From Dicyema japonicum (taxonomy: Eukaryota > Animalia > Dicyemida), in contig RDEW01000013.1 of NCBI GenBank assembly GCA_011109175.1, positions 1,339,773 through 1,403,772 of the forward strand: 64,000 bases of DNA, given 5' to 3'. A model generated the notes under the pieces. It ran no database searches. It was not told the origin of the DNA and worked only from the letters and a program-made list of their open reading frames with translations. Each line of letters begins with the position of its first letter. Positions within the stretch are counted from its first letter, which is position 1. The translations under genes and the position numbers were made by a program. Below, piece after piece: positions 37,982 to 50,884 of the stretch.

Positions 37982-38307
37982 ATTGGTCTGAATCAATCAG
38001 TCTTATATCTGTGCTGTCAATAACCATGATAAAACATAAATTGACAGAATACTAAATTGTTGTGAGTAAACCAGTTCTCCATTCAGTCAATAAAGTTAAT
38101 GATCGGAAATAAATATGTAATCATGGGTTAATCACTTGAACCAAGTTTCTATTGAGACGTAAAACTGAAGATAGAAGTCTCGCAGAGTTTGCTTTTAAAC
38201 CTGTTCTATTCAACACTCTCATGGCTAATATACAGCTACTGAGGACATCAATATGGAAATTCTTCTTATGCAAATGACGTCCTTGTGCCAAGTTTCGAGA
38301 AAGATAT

Positions 38308-38402
38308 AAAGATATAAATAATCTATCCTATCTTTGAAGATAAAAGATATAAATAATCTATCCTATCTTTGAAGATAAAAGATATAAATAATCTATCCTA
38401 TA
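38308..38402. repeat. 35-bp tandem repeat, about 2.7 copies
   Basis: gatataaataatctatccta recurs at 38311, 38346 and 38381. Confidence 0.95.
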
Positions 38403-38770
38403 GATATAATAATCTAAGGAAAAGCTATTAGAAAAAATAAGTCTTTCATGTAATTCTATCACAAGAAAATTGCGATTTAAAAAGGAGATTTTCTTCTTTG
38501 TGTTCAAATACGTCATCATACTCATCCTTAATAATGGCTTCGAGGGCTAATTAAACTAACATAAAGGTATCAAACTTGTCTTAAAGAAAAACTAAAAAAG
38601 AACTCACAATTGAAGAAAACGATCTGATGTAACAAATCAAACGGAAATAAATGAAAAAAATAGTTAACTCTGAAAGAGTCACTCTAGATACTAATACAGT
38701 GTTTCTCAACGGGGGCGATTAGCCCCTATATTTGTCCAGAGGCAATTTTTAATTAATGATTTTTTAAATT

Positions 38771-39070
38771 ATTTATTAACCCCGGATACACCGAGAAAGA
38801 AGTTAAAGTAACCAACTAATTAAGTGCATCCAGTTTCCACTTCTACAGAAACAGCATAAAGGGTAAGACGTCATTACATGCAGTTGTGAAAACCCCTCCA
38901 GTGGAGTGGGGAAGAGCAAATGATCCTTTTTCATGCCGGCCTGGCACTGGGCGTCACCTAGACAGGTGGATCACATGACGCCACTCTATTAGGAAGAGAG
39001 AGGAGGAACAGACAAGCAAGCAGAAAATTTAAACCAATTAACCACGCAGCACCACATGGCGCCACGCGGC
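38771..39070 (-). mobile_element. Family A non-autonomous element, copy 2
   Basis: Reverse complement is colinear with 4354-4686. Confidence 0.85.
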
Positions 39071-39088
39071 AAATCCGATTTTCAGGTT

Positions 39089-39450
39089 TCAGCATTTTTT
39101 TAGCTGACATAGACTGGAACTCTTGGAGTACTTTTCATTGAACTTTTTAAGTACGAGGTTCCAGCCACCTCTAGGTATTTTTCCAAATCTTTGTTTCGTG
39201 GCAAGAAAAATCTGAGATACCCACTCAGCTTCAGAGACACAGTGGACCTCTTCAATAATGGCAGATAGTGAATGCAAGTTGGTTTTGGCACCAATATTCC
39301 AACGATGTTGATATTAGTTCTTGTGACATTATCCAGCCCCACAGACAACGGTCCTGCTTCTACTATACTATCTTCTTTATTTGATTTTGCAGGAAGACCC
39401 ATAGGATTCGATTTCTCTGTATGATTAGAAACGGACATGCAACACCACAA
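39089..39450 (-). mobile_element. Probable N-terminal fragment of an RLE-type retrotransposon ORF
   Basis: FLATKQRFGKIPRGGWNLVLKKFNEKY resembles myb-like N-termini of R2-group elements. Weak evidence. Confidence 0.3.
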
Positions 39451-40248
39451 CTATAATAGTTATGAAATATTTAAACTTAAATTTATTTTAAATAATTAAA
39501 TAATATAGCATGCATGGTATCTGTTAAAAAATAAAAAAATAAATATTTTCTTCTGGTTTTAAATAAAATAAGCCCATGTGTTTGCAAATGGTGTTGAGTT
39601 TGATAACGAAGCGATTATCCATCTCGTTTATTAGAACACGAGCAACGCAAGCATCTTCAATCACTAGAAAAAGATATTGAATTAAAAGTCATAATTTAGT
39701 CTCTGCGATTGATAATAGCCATGGTCGGAAATGTTGTGCATTTATGGGGAAGAAGCGTAATAATTTGAGCATCTGCAAAAGACTAGACATCAGAATAGAA
39801 TCCCAAATAAGAGCATCTACCAAACCTTCACTAAAGTAAAGGGTTTTTGAAAAAATTACCAAGTAATCATAATATTACTATAGTTATTATAGTGGGGAGT
39901 TAAATTATTGACAAGGGTTAAAATTTTATAGGGGCGATACAAAAAAAAGTTGAGAAACACTGATCTAATATATAAAACTACGGGATTTGTAAAAAGTAGA
40001 GATGGGTACTGGCAAACAGTCCAAGTTGCATGATTTACAGCACTCATCTCATTTACTAACCGCTTGTTTTGTTAATAATAACAACCTCCTAATAACTATA
40101 CCACCCTGACCTAACTTCATTAGTAATCCAATGTATTTTTTTAAATCAAAAATGAAGGACAAGTCTGTCGTTAAAGATCAATAGTCTTGTAAATAAAGCA
40201 GTTGTTTATTAATAAATCATATATTAATGAGAACAAAATAAGTGAGCA

Positions 40249-41062
40249 TTAATAATTAAAAATCTTCAAACTTAATGAATAATAACGTCTTCGGCGAAGT
40301 TTTAAAATGAAAATAATTCCAAAAATAATTAAAATTCCAACAATTACACAAACAGGCATTATATATTTGTTATCTAATTTTTATTATATAAGGTACTTTT
40401 TCGACTTTTTTTACTGGCAGTTGTATAAACTGTCGATTTTAAAGTATTATTTGTAAGTTTATCAAATTCACATTCTAATGCTAAACCATGATTAGTCTTA
40501 AAATAACCATTTCCAGTAAAACTTGTACTATTATCTGTTTTCCATAATTGGGCTTTCGTTTTTGTTAAAGTGAGAGATGCATTTTCTGATAATAGTATAA
40601 CCTGTTTAGAGCAGCTATAATAAGCATTTCTTGAGATTTCATAAAAATCATTAAAATCCATATTAATTTTTATTATTGCTAGAGAATAGTAATAAATTCA
40701 AGTCAACAGCAAACAGATTGGCTGATATTATTATGATTTTCATTTGCAATTTTACGTCGTTCTTTTTCCAAGAAAGCATAATATTATCATGTTCTAATTT
40801 TGTGAACTCAAAATGACCATTGTCTAAATTTTCATACATAATCTTTTCTTAAATAATATAATTACAGTTTCATTAATTTTGTATGCCACGTCAATGTTTC
40901 CACTAAATAATGCTATAACCCTATAGTCCTCAATTACAATCCACTTTGGCACTCTGTTATCCATTATTACTGAGGTTTTTATTTCACTCATTGATTTATT
41001 CATTACTAGACACGAATACACTAAATATATTAGATTATTTTTGAAACTTATAATTCTAACAT
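40249..41062 (-). CDS. LAMP-domain-like membrane glycoprotein, paralog C
   Basis: Same exon layout as A, B and D. YYSCSKQVILLSEN..KAQLWKTDNSTSFTGN|ALECEF; one stalk module; TM then LRRRRYYSL. Single-base indels in exon 1 and near 40668. Confidence 0.75.
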
Positions 41063-41227
41063 TCTTAAATTCACTGTTCTAAATATTGTTGTATTAATTC
41101 AATTTTAAAATTTTATTAATTTTATATTTAATAACTATATATTATTAAAAATAGAAAATTATAAATTTTCTATTAAACTTAAAAAAGTTTTGATTTTCAT
41201 AAATTAAAAAAAATTAGTGGTATTGGA

Positions 41228-41410
41228 TTTTTATTTATTTATTTAACATCCAAGACCACGGTAAAACCAAAACTAACTATCACGTGATTCCGATGCGCTC
41301 CGCCAAAATCCTCATTCTTTCCCGGTGATCCTCCCTCGTACCCACACAAGCTCGTACTGCGCGACTGACTGTATTTGCAGGGCCACCTTCCCGTATGCCG
41401 GAGTTTTGTT
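41228..41410 (-). mobile_element. Short 3' tip of GIT-stop LINE inserted upstream of paralog C
   Basis: EDHRERMRILAERIGIT* plus (TAAA)n tail. Absent from the homologous flank of paralog D (52180-52230). Confidence 0.8.
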
Positions 41411-41699
41411 TGCTATAATAGAATTACCTATTTGACCACATCTATTTGAGTAAATTATACAGGTATTTGTCATTACATATTACAAAATTGAGTTGCTTGA
41501 GTATAGGAAATCAAAATTAAGTTTTTTAATCTGATGATCTGAGGGCGATACGAGAAACAGGGGAGGATGGAAACGACTCACAGCACGTATCCAGAGATGC
41601 ATGGAAAGTTAAATCTCAAATTAGCTAACTTTTCTGGTTCTGCGGACATTGCTAATAATAATAAATGGGTTCGAAAATAACCTAAACGAGAAAGAAGAT

Positions 41700-44100
41700 C
41701 GACTATTAATACAGATAGGATAGAACTTCGATGAGAGATGCTATCTATGACTCTACATCAACACGAAATGAACTAGAAGACGAGTTTAAGGTCGCAGTAA
41801 TTCGTAATTTTCGACGTTTTTTTGATTAACAGAGAACCTAACCTGGAACGACATAGTTCATCGTTCTGATAAATTGTTGTAGATACTGGTCAAACTCTTT
41901 TGCTCTGACCAAATGACGTAGCCGCCACGGCCCGGAGGAATTTGAGCTTCTGAGTTTTTTCGCCTACGTATGAGACATGTGTTGGAAAGGGTAAGGAATT
42001 ATCAAATGTCACACAAAGTATTTTATAATTTTTAACAACAGAAGGAGAGTGTAGTTTAGAAATAACGTTGGTTCCAATTTGAATTGATCAGGGTCTGTAA
42101 CTAAAATCGTGGTTATGGATTTTCGTTAGAAGATGACGAGATTTTTGTCCATCCAATTGAAAGTTTGTCAATATGTTCTCTCATGACCAACAGTTAAGTC
42201 ACAGTAGCGACAGGCAATAACGACATCATCGCATAAGAAAGAAGTGTTTCTTGCTTTGTTGGTAAGCTTACTAGATGAAGATGAAGCAGGGCTGGAGATA
42301 GCATCTCACCCTGAGGAAGGTATCGTTAATGAGAGTAGGTTGACATAATAAAAGAACGACCAACGGGATCAGAGATGAGAGTGAGCAGCCATAATTTCAA
42401 ACGGAACGGGATATTTGTAGAAAAGATTTTACTGCTAGAACATGTCTGGATGTCCGGTCAAAAGCTTTGTTGATCTCAATAGGCGCAACAATTGTTCTTC
42501 TTGAGGTTTATTGATGTTTAATCCATTAAAAATAAATTTAGCCAATTTACAACGATTGGTCATAGTCAAATAAGCATTAAACCCATGTTGGAATTCGAAA
42601 AATGACAGGTACGGTTTGATTGAAAATAGTAGAACTCTTTCAGCAATCTTCGAGACAACAGACGAGAAGGAAATAGGACGATAAGAGTGGTTAGATGGGT
42701 CGTGGGTAGGCTTCAAAATAAGAATGATTGTGAATTTTTTCCTGAGCCGTAATTTATTGAGTGTTCGATTAAATTGCCAAAAGCCCATTAGGTTCTAGCA
42801 GACCCTTATGCATTCGAGTTTCGAGAGTTGTTTACAAGTTGAGTAATTAGAGTCTGCAGAATAATGAAAAACTCAACTAACTTAGCATACGATCTCTTAC
42901 AGCAGAGTTCTATTTTTAGGAAGGTGGCTTATCTTCAAACAATTATCCATTAATAAGTTGGACCCGTCACGGAAGGATAAGACAATTTTTTTAGAGATCA
43001 CTTGAGTGGGATTGAGGTTGCGTTGGTCTGTAATGTATCTTCTTAAGGGTTCTACAAAAGACAGAGGATCCGGTATAAGGGAGTAGAAATAATTTCATTC
43101 CATTATTTCGGCTGTATTTTAATATTAGGTCGACGATACGTTTATTGAATTCAAAGAAGATATTCGATTCGCCTTCACCAGAGTTGATCGATTTGATCTT
43201 CCGGCGTCGTTTGGAAATATTTATAATTTCAGATGGGAAGGGAAGTGAACCATAATTAGCAATGAAACCACATGGAATAAAATTTTGTCTTCAGCAATTG
43301 GACAGTTGGTGAAGAACTCGACAGTAGCATCAAAAGAGCTGAAAGAAGCACAAAAAAGTCTTTAAGTACGCGTTAGGTTTCGTTTCTGTAAAATCCCACT
43401 TTACTCGTTTATAGTTTATATACGTCCTCTTAGTTTTATGGTTGAAGGTAATTAAAATTGTGTTGTAGTTAGAGAGCATAAAGGACGTCATATTGATCGT
43501 TAGAAAATAGCCATGCATGATGATGAGAGTTAAAATAATCACATATGATAGTTAGAAAATCTGTGGGAAATAAACATTGACAATAGTAAAGAGGACTTAT
43601 TTACCCGGATATGTTAAATTTTAATATGAGGATCCTCAGATATGAGAGATAATAAAAGTTGAAGAATCAGCAAGAGGAATAGTAATGTGCACTAGAATAA
43701 GTAAACCATCCCCATCTGTACTGGAGGCGCGGTAAGAATGTAATACAGAATAGTTCTTAAAGTGAGGAGTCTTGGAATTCGGTGTAAGTTTAGTTTCTTG
43801 GATAAGGGAAATGTCCAAACTATGACGTAAATCGATACGTTTTTAGTTAATACCGTTGATGTTTAACTAGATTATCTTTATCTTTCGCTGAAATGCCACG
43901 GGTCTAAGGTTAGGTTCAACATCATCACATATGATTAAAGAAATCTGGAAATGGTAGTTTGGCGTCGTCCCATAGCCACTACAGAGCAAACTATTTGGTA
44001 GTTGTTAGGTAAGAAAAAGTAGGGTCTGTTTGTCACAAATGTAGGCAGTTTTCTCCACGAGAGGTGAAAACCAACAAAAGTAATTACTAATTATTATAGG
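41700..44100 (-). mobile_element. Degenerate Jockey/I-like LINE (APE + RT)
   Basis: LNINGIN, SLIQETKL, YRPISFSSVVSKIAER, FQHGF and YADDV motifs. Confidence 0.85.
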
Positions 44101-44653
44101 GTTTTACTATCACTAACGACACTTCGTCAATCAAAAACGACAATAGTCAATCAATAACGCCAGAAAATTAATTTTACAACAATACTTAAACACAAAAAAT
44201 TATTCATTCATCGATTATTTCGCCATTAACTGCTCTCATAATGCATCCTTTCATCTTCTGAAGTATCCTCCACAGTCTTCAGGGGTAATCAATTCGAAAA
44301 AGATGTTTTTGCTGTAAATCATCAATAGCAGCCCCTCTCCTCACAGATTTCTTCCATTTTGAGAACAAATTCTAAATTGGATTAAGGAATGGTGAGTATG
44401 GAGGAAGATATAGTATCTTGAGGTTGTGGGATTGGATTACTTCGTTGAGTCCATTTTAATGGTGAATCCTAGCATTGTCCAAGATGAAGTAGTGATCCAC
44501 AATTCCTTTAGTTGTCTATGACAAAGTAGGGATCCACAATTCCAACTTCGTCTATAAAGACTATTCGGCTATCCCCAACGTCAAATAAAATTTCTTGGAA
44601 ATTTGTCCCATGTTCCAATCGTGTCTCAATGGTTCTTTTACAGTTTCTTCTCT

Positions 44654-45100
44654 AATAATTATTATTATTAGCACCAAGATCACTGGGTCAAAGAGAAAGA
44701 AATAAAAATTTCTCATCTAACTAAGTGATCCCAGACAGACAAGGAGAGGACGAGTCCGGTGGGGTCGAGATTCCTGAACAGCTCTTCTCATTGGAAATGG
44801 CATCGGCTCAAAATTTCTGTATGACTGTAGATATTTCGATAGTGTATGAAATAGAGGGCAACTCAGTAAACTAGCCTCCTTTAAGAGTTTCCGTTGTAAT
44901 TTGATTAAGAGATTTTCAATGGGCTGGAATTTGTGTTGTGGTCCAATTATCCTTATTGCGGTCTACTCGACTGCGGATAGTTTCAATAATCGTGAAATCT
45001 GCATTGCCCATAAAGTTTCTTCTCTAAGGAACAATGTTGAGAGTTTTCACTAGTGAAATTCATTTTAATAGCGATTGATGGTATTCGATGCGAAGAGATT
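44654..45100 (-). mobile_element. 3' fragment of GIT-stop LINE
   Basis: Ends CLSGIT* tagttag with a (TAA)n tail. Confidence 0.6.
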
Positions 45101-45489
45101 TCACCCGATGTTTTGCATAAGAAGCGCCGGAAGAAGACCACGTCACGCTGCTCTGAACTATGTATAAATTAATATAGTCATCTGTTAACTCAGAAATATT
45201 TAATGGATACAAAGATCGCGTCATCTCATTCCTGGAATTGTCAAACAGAGTCGGTATCGGGATTTCTCTGCACAATGAGCTCGAAGAGATCCTAGATGTG
45301 GAAGAAGATCGGCTTTTAATTTAGATAGGAGAGTTAGTAGATTAAAAATGACAATCTTTTGATGAGGGATGCGATCCTCGACAGTACATCAACACAATAT
45401 GAGATAGAAGACGGGTTTAGGTAGCAAGAGATGAGTCCAGGCTGTGGCATGGCTTGTGTTACAAGAAGCTATAAAAAATTTACGTTTCA

Positions 45490-46798
45490 TCTATATAATA
45501 AAAGAATAAGTTGTCAGTCTGTCTGTCCGTGCGCACTTATATAGCTAAAAAAGGATATGCCTAAAATAATTGGAAAATAAAATGATTCGACCTCTTCAAG
45601 AGATTGGTAATTTAGAAAATTAAAATTCTAAAGAGTTTAAAAAAAGAGATTCATTAGAAAATAGGATGATTCGACCTTTTTCTTTTATCTGTTACTGAGA
45701 AAATTGAAATTAAAAAAAACTTAAATAGAATATTCATGAGGTTACTGAACTTCAAATAACCAAAAATTAACAATGGATAAACCAGCAGATGAATTAAATG
45801 CATGTCTGAAACCATCGTATTTGTGGACTTTTGTAAAAAAGGTAAGTTTAGATGTAAATATTCGTGCACAAAACAAGTCATAATACCTTCGCTAAGGTAA
45901 TTTTAAATGTAGGTAATGGAGCACTCGAAAAAATTCAGAAGATTTAAACTTCCTGAAAAATTATGTATAAATGTACACAGCCCAGAAAATTTATTGACTT
46001 TTTTATCCAGATCTGCAGGAAAACTACAGGTGTTTCGACTGGCTTCGGGAAAGAGCTATACTAGCACCACTAAATGATGAAGTACAAAATATTAACTTGG
46101 ACTTACTTATTAAATTACCTGGGTTACGACGTATTTATAAATCTATTGATGTAATTATGAATCAAGAATCAGCATGTGAATTTCCTGTGGAATTTCTAAT
46201 TTCTTTAGAGCCGTCAGGGATGCCTCATCATACTTTAAAATTAAAAGTAGCAGTTGTTCTATTACGAAATCTAGAATCTCAAGGATTATGTAATGGTACA
46301 AGATTGGTAGTAAAAAATTTGATGTCTAATATTATAGAAGCAACGATATTAACGGGGCGAAATAAAGGAGAAGACGTTTACATTCCAAGAATTCCAATAA
46401 TTTCGGATAAATTACCATTTAATTTAAGAGACTACAATTTCCATTGAAGTTGAGTTTCGCAATGACAATCAACAAATCACAGGGAAAAACTCTTAAAGTA
46501 GTAGGTTTATATTTAGCAAGTGAATGTTTTGCACATGGACAGTTATATGTAGATTGTTTTAGGGTAGGTGAACGAGAAAACCTATTCATATAGACAGAGG
46601 ACGGTCGTACAAGCAATGTTGTATATCAACAAACATTACAATAAGATATTTGATAATTTTTAATATAACAATCAGTTTTTTTTAAAAAAAATAGTTTAAT
46701 TAATTAAATATAATTCACTAAGAAAAAAACTAATCTCCGCAGGAGCGAAATAGGAGTGAACTCTGAAGGTGTGAACGACAGCCGTCCGCAAGACCTAG
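45490..46798 (+). mobile_element. Non-autonomous Helitron with Pif1 helicase remnant
   Basis: 5' TC (tctatataataaaag plus a ctgt microsatellite), 3' CTAG after a degenerate hairpin, inserted between A and T. Encodes ERAILAPLN, GLCNGTRL, FAMTINKSQG and FAHGQLYV. Confidence 0.9.
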
Positions 46799-47249
46799 TT
46801 ATTAATAAAGTTCTTAAAGCGTAAAAATATATCAAAATAAACTACTATTAATATGACATAACATTTATTTTAAAGACCAAGATAAGGAGATAGTTAAGGG
46901 GGACTAGTTTATTAAAAATTTTGCAGTGAAGCCTTGATTCTTTTGTAGTTTTACTCCCTCTAGCTTCAAAGTCTTGTCTGAACGTACGTGTCGTTCACTT
47001 TGGTCCTCCGGAGAATACCCTCGATCCGTTCCACTCCACGCTCCCTACGGTGTCGATCATTGTTTCCTCTTCTTGTGCTTCTTCACCTCTTTTATGAATG
47101 GCCAACTTGATTGACATCCTCCTCGTCTTATCCAAAGTTGTTTTTGTTTCTTTTTTGGGCGAAAATACTATCCTTCACGTCCGTAGATGAGTGAAGGCAG
47201 AATAATTCTTTCAAAAATAAAAATAAACGTCTCCTTTTTCAAATCGAGT

Positions 47250-48570
47250 TCCGTAGACACAGAAGTGCTTGATAAGTCTTTTTCTTTTTCATTTTGGAAT
47301 TTTCAACATTATCTCCTCTACATCCAAAAGAGATACTCAAATAACGCAGATGATCAACATTGCTGATACAACAGAGTGTGTACTCTTGTTGAAAAAACTT
47401 TAGTGTGAAATTCTAATAGCTTTTGACTTTTCCATTGAGAGACATAAACCACGGGATTTATAGAACCAGAGAATTTTTTTCCAAAAATTCACGTAATCTT
47501 CCCTTAGACACCACCGGACTATTCAAAACATCCGATATCAGTACATGTTCTTCGTAAATTATTACGTTATTACTATGATTCCTGAGACCTGGAAAATCTC
47601 TCATGGGACTCAAGACTGAGCCTTATCGCACACCTCTCTCCATTACAATCGCTTCAGAAGTTAATTCTCCAAATCTCTAAAATGATTTTTTTCTTGTCAG
47701 AAGATTTTTCACCCAATCTAATAAAAGTTTTGGGTTTTAGCCGCGACTAGCTAACAAAACAGTACATCATGCCTTACACTATCGAAAGCCTTTTTTGATG
47801 TATTCAGGCAGACGACACTCAGATGATATTTGAAGTTCCTAACCTTCACAATCTGAGAGTTCAAGATGAAATTAATTTCCATGTAATCTCCCTATTGAAA
47901 GTGCCATTGTTCCTTGCTGAGAAAATTCAGTGATTCGATATGACTCTGTGTTTTTTTAGATAATAAATCAGCCTCGCCATGATTTTTGAAATTGAATTTA
48001 TTAGACAAATGGTCTTGCCAATGGAGTCGACATCTATTTTGTCTGTTTTGTGATCATCCGAATAATGGAATTTTTCCAAGCTTGATGTACATATACCATA
48101 TTGAGACTTGCTCTAAATAGGTAACGAAGGACTTCAAATAGAAAATTCAGACCCTCCTTGAATAGTTGTAACCATATCCCGTCCATTCCAGGAGCTTTAT
48201 CTCCGCATTCCATAATGGTTTGATTCACCTTTTCACGCGTTATGTCTCAACTAGCTCGTCAAGAATTTTCATACTCGAAAGAGATTTTTCGGGCACCAGA
48301 TCCTTTGGATCAATCTCTTGAATTTTCTCGAGCAGCTCACGAAAAGGATTAGGAACATTCGCTTCGGTGATGACACTGCTATCGGATCTCTACAAATTAA
48401 TAACATCTGATTTAGATCCAGAGGCAACAAGCCTCCCATAAGACTTCTAGAATGTTGGATTCTTGGTATCCAACTTTCCTGTTTCAGTCCTCCATTTTTA
48501 TTGACTTTTAAAATAAGAAATATAGTCTTCAGATTAACTCGTACATTCTTTTTAGAACTTTCGATCACAC
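47250..48570 (-). mobile_element. Degenerate LINE RT region
   Basis: KAPGMDGI..WKNSIIRMI.K and a KAFDSV-like motif. Confidence 0.7.
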
Positions 48571-49339
48571 AATATAGACAATATCTTAGTTTTCCACAAA
48601 GGCGATTTTGTTCTGAAATTTCCAGCTTGATATGGGTAAGGACAGTGGCTTTAAAATTTCAAGAGTAAATAGGTTTAGCGAAACAATATGGATACTCATC
48701 CATAGCACCCACAATGCTTGCGATAAAAGTCCACATCACAGGGCAACAACATAGAAGACGACAAAGAATATAGTTTATCCGTTATGAAAGACATGTAGTG
48801 ACTCTTGTTTTGAAACTTCAATATATGGAAATTCAAACCGAGATTAATGGAATTTCTTTTAATCATATCGTTTTCTCATATATAAAAAATATATTGGCAA
48901 CAGGAGTACAAAGACTCACTCTGATATAGAAAATACAAATATTTTTATCTAGGTAAACGATCTTTATAGGAATAATATTAATGCTTTAAGGCCATCTTGA
49001 TGAATTATGCCCCATCACTGAATACTTCATTTTAGAAGCTGATCGTATATAGGAATCACACACAAGTAAAAAATTAAGTAAAAAAACGTTCCTTGGTTCT
49101 CTTACTACGATTAGTTATCATAATCTTTATTCAAATAAATTGTGGAACTATAAATATTATGGCTCTAATTAAAAGTGATGTGTTTGTAAGGCCATCTCTT
49201 ATAACCAGCAGCCAAGTTCGAATACAAACTCCGTCTATATTTTTCCAACCAAGTAAAGTAAATCGTGAAATAGATTATAGTTCCCATAATTGTGCATAGA
49301 AAAAATCTGAAAAAAAGTAATTAACTAAATAATCATAAA

Positions 49340-50815
49340 AATTTAACCATTGATGATGTTGTGAGATCAATCGATGCACAGCTATATCTCTGGTATCTCG
49401 ACGATGCCGCAATTGGAGGATCATTCAAGGAAACGTACAATTCATTATGTAAAGCGTTACCCGCTTTAAAACACTTGGGCTTGAACATCAATGTTAACAA
49501 ATCAGAGCTAATAAATGTCTATATCTAAACACGACTTTCTATCAAGAGTCTTTTAACGAACTGCTTCCTGGGATCCCGACTGTGCCAGTTGATAAATTAT
49601 ATTTCCTCGGATGCCCACTCAGCGAAAAAGAACTCAAGTACTATCTACTTTTTACAAATGAAGAATTACACGCCTCGCAAAAGATTGTCATGTCTCGACT
49701 CTCACACATCCTTTTTCCAGATGAGAAACAACATCGGACTACCCAAGCTTTTATATCTACTCCGATGTTCACTCTGCTACGAACAATATGACAGTCTACT
49801 TTTGATATACAAATCTCTCAGACAAACTGTTGAGTCACTAATTGACGTCCGCTTCTACAAACTTGGTTGGAAGCAATGTAAGCTTCCCTCCGTATTTGGG
49901 GGTGTCGGTCTAAGATCGGCGCTGGAGGTCGCGTACCCGGCATATCTATCGTCACTCTTAAGCTGCAGCCATTTGACACGGCAAGTCCTTCATAACACTA
50001 TTGGACATCGCTGAAATGAGTCACTTGACGAAGCTTCTCGGAAATGGAACGGGTCCGGACTCAAAATCTCCGAAGACTCAACGAAGCAAAGTAATTGGGA
50101 TAACATTGTCTGCTCAAAATTTTGGAAGACCTTATAAAGAAGCAAATCAACATCGTCTGCTTGTTTGGTGTCAGCTTCAAATGGAGGAAGTGGAGCATGG
50201 CTTGGTGCAATACCTTGCCCAAACCTCGACTTTTTGGACGACGATTCTTTGAAGATTGGAATCGGACAAAGGCTAGGACTAGACGTTTGCCAGGAGCACC
50301 GATGCCGATGCGGGAAAACAGTCGATGCGAAGGGATTGCACCCGCTGTCCTGCAAAAAAGGGCCGGAAGAGGAACACGTCACGCTGCTCTGAAGGCTACA
50401 GGCTTCCCAGCACAGTTTGAACCAGTGGATTTTGACCGAGGAGATAGAAAAAGACCTGATGGGATAACCCTTTTCTTTTTCAAATCCGGAAAATCTTCGG
50501 TCTGGGAACAACTTGTGTTGACACGTTCTCTAACACGAATCTTTACAAATCAGTTTAGACACCTTGAGCGCCTCCTTCGACATCGAAAAACCTAAAAAAA
50601 AAATATTCCTGCATTGGGGACCGTTTGCGATTTACTCAAGTTACGGCCAAGTCATCGGGAGCCGTTGGTCCAATGTCGGCTGAGTTCTTGCGCGAACTCG
50701 GTGGAATGCTTGCCAGGAAAAAAAGATAAACGAGAAGGGTTGTGGATGAGACAAACGATTTGGAAGGCCATACTCGAGGGAACACGTTCTCGATCCACGC
50801 AGCTTCCTCAACTAA
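49340..50815 (+). mobile_element. Degenerate CRE-like RLE retrotransposon (RT to RLE)
   Basis: WYLDD, LPKLLYLLRCS, LP..FGGVGLRS, SGAWLGAIP, CRCG..HPLSC and DRKRPDGITL motifs. Confidence 0.85.
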
Positions 50816-50884
50816 CATTTGCTTTTCTGTTAAATAATTGTCATTTTTTTCTAAAAAAATAATTTAAGTAAATTAAATATTATA

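Noticed and set aside
38308-38402. CRISPR-like array
   Set aside because: Head-to-tail 35-bp repeats with no spacers, in a eukaryotic context, with no cas genes.
40824-40870. Apparent conserved programmed frameshift in LAMP-like paralogs C and D (also 51806-51850)
   Set aside because: Explained by a 23-nt GT..AG intron (gtaattatatt..aagaaaag) whose removal restores the frame.
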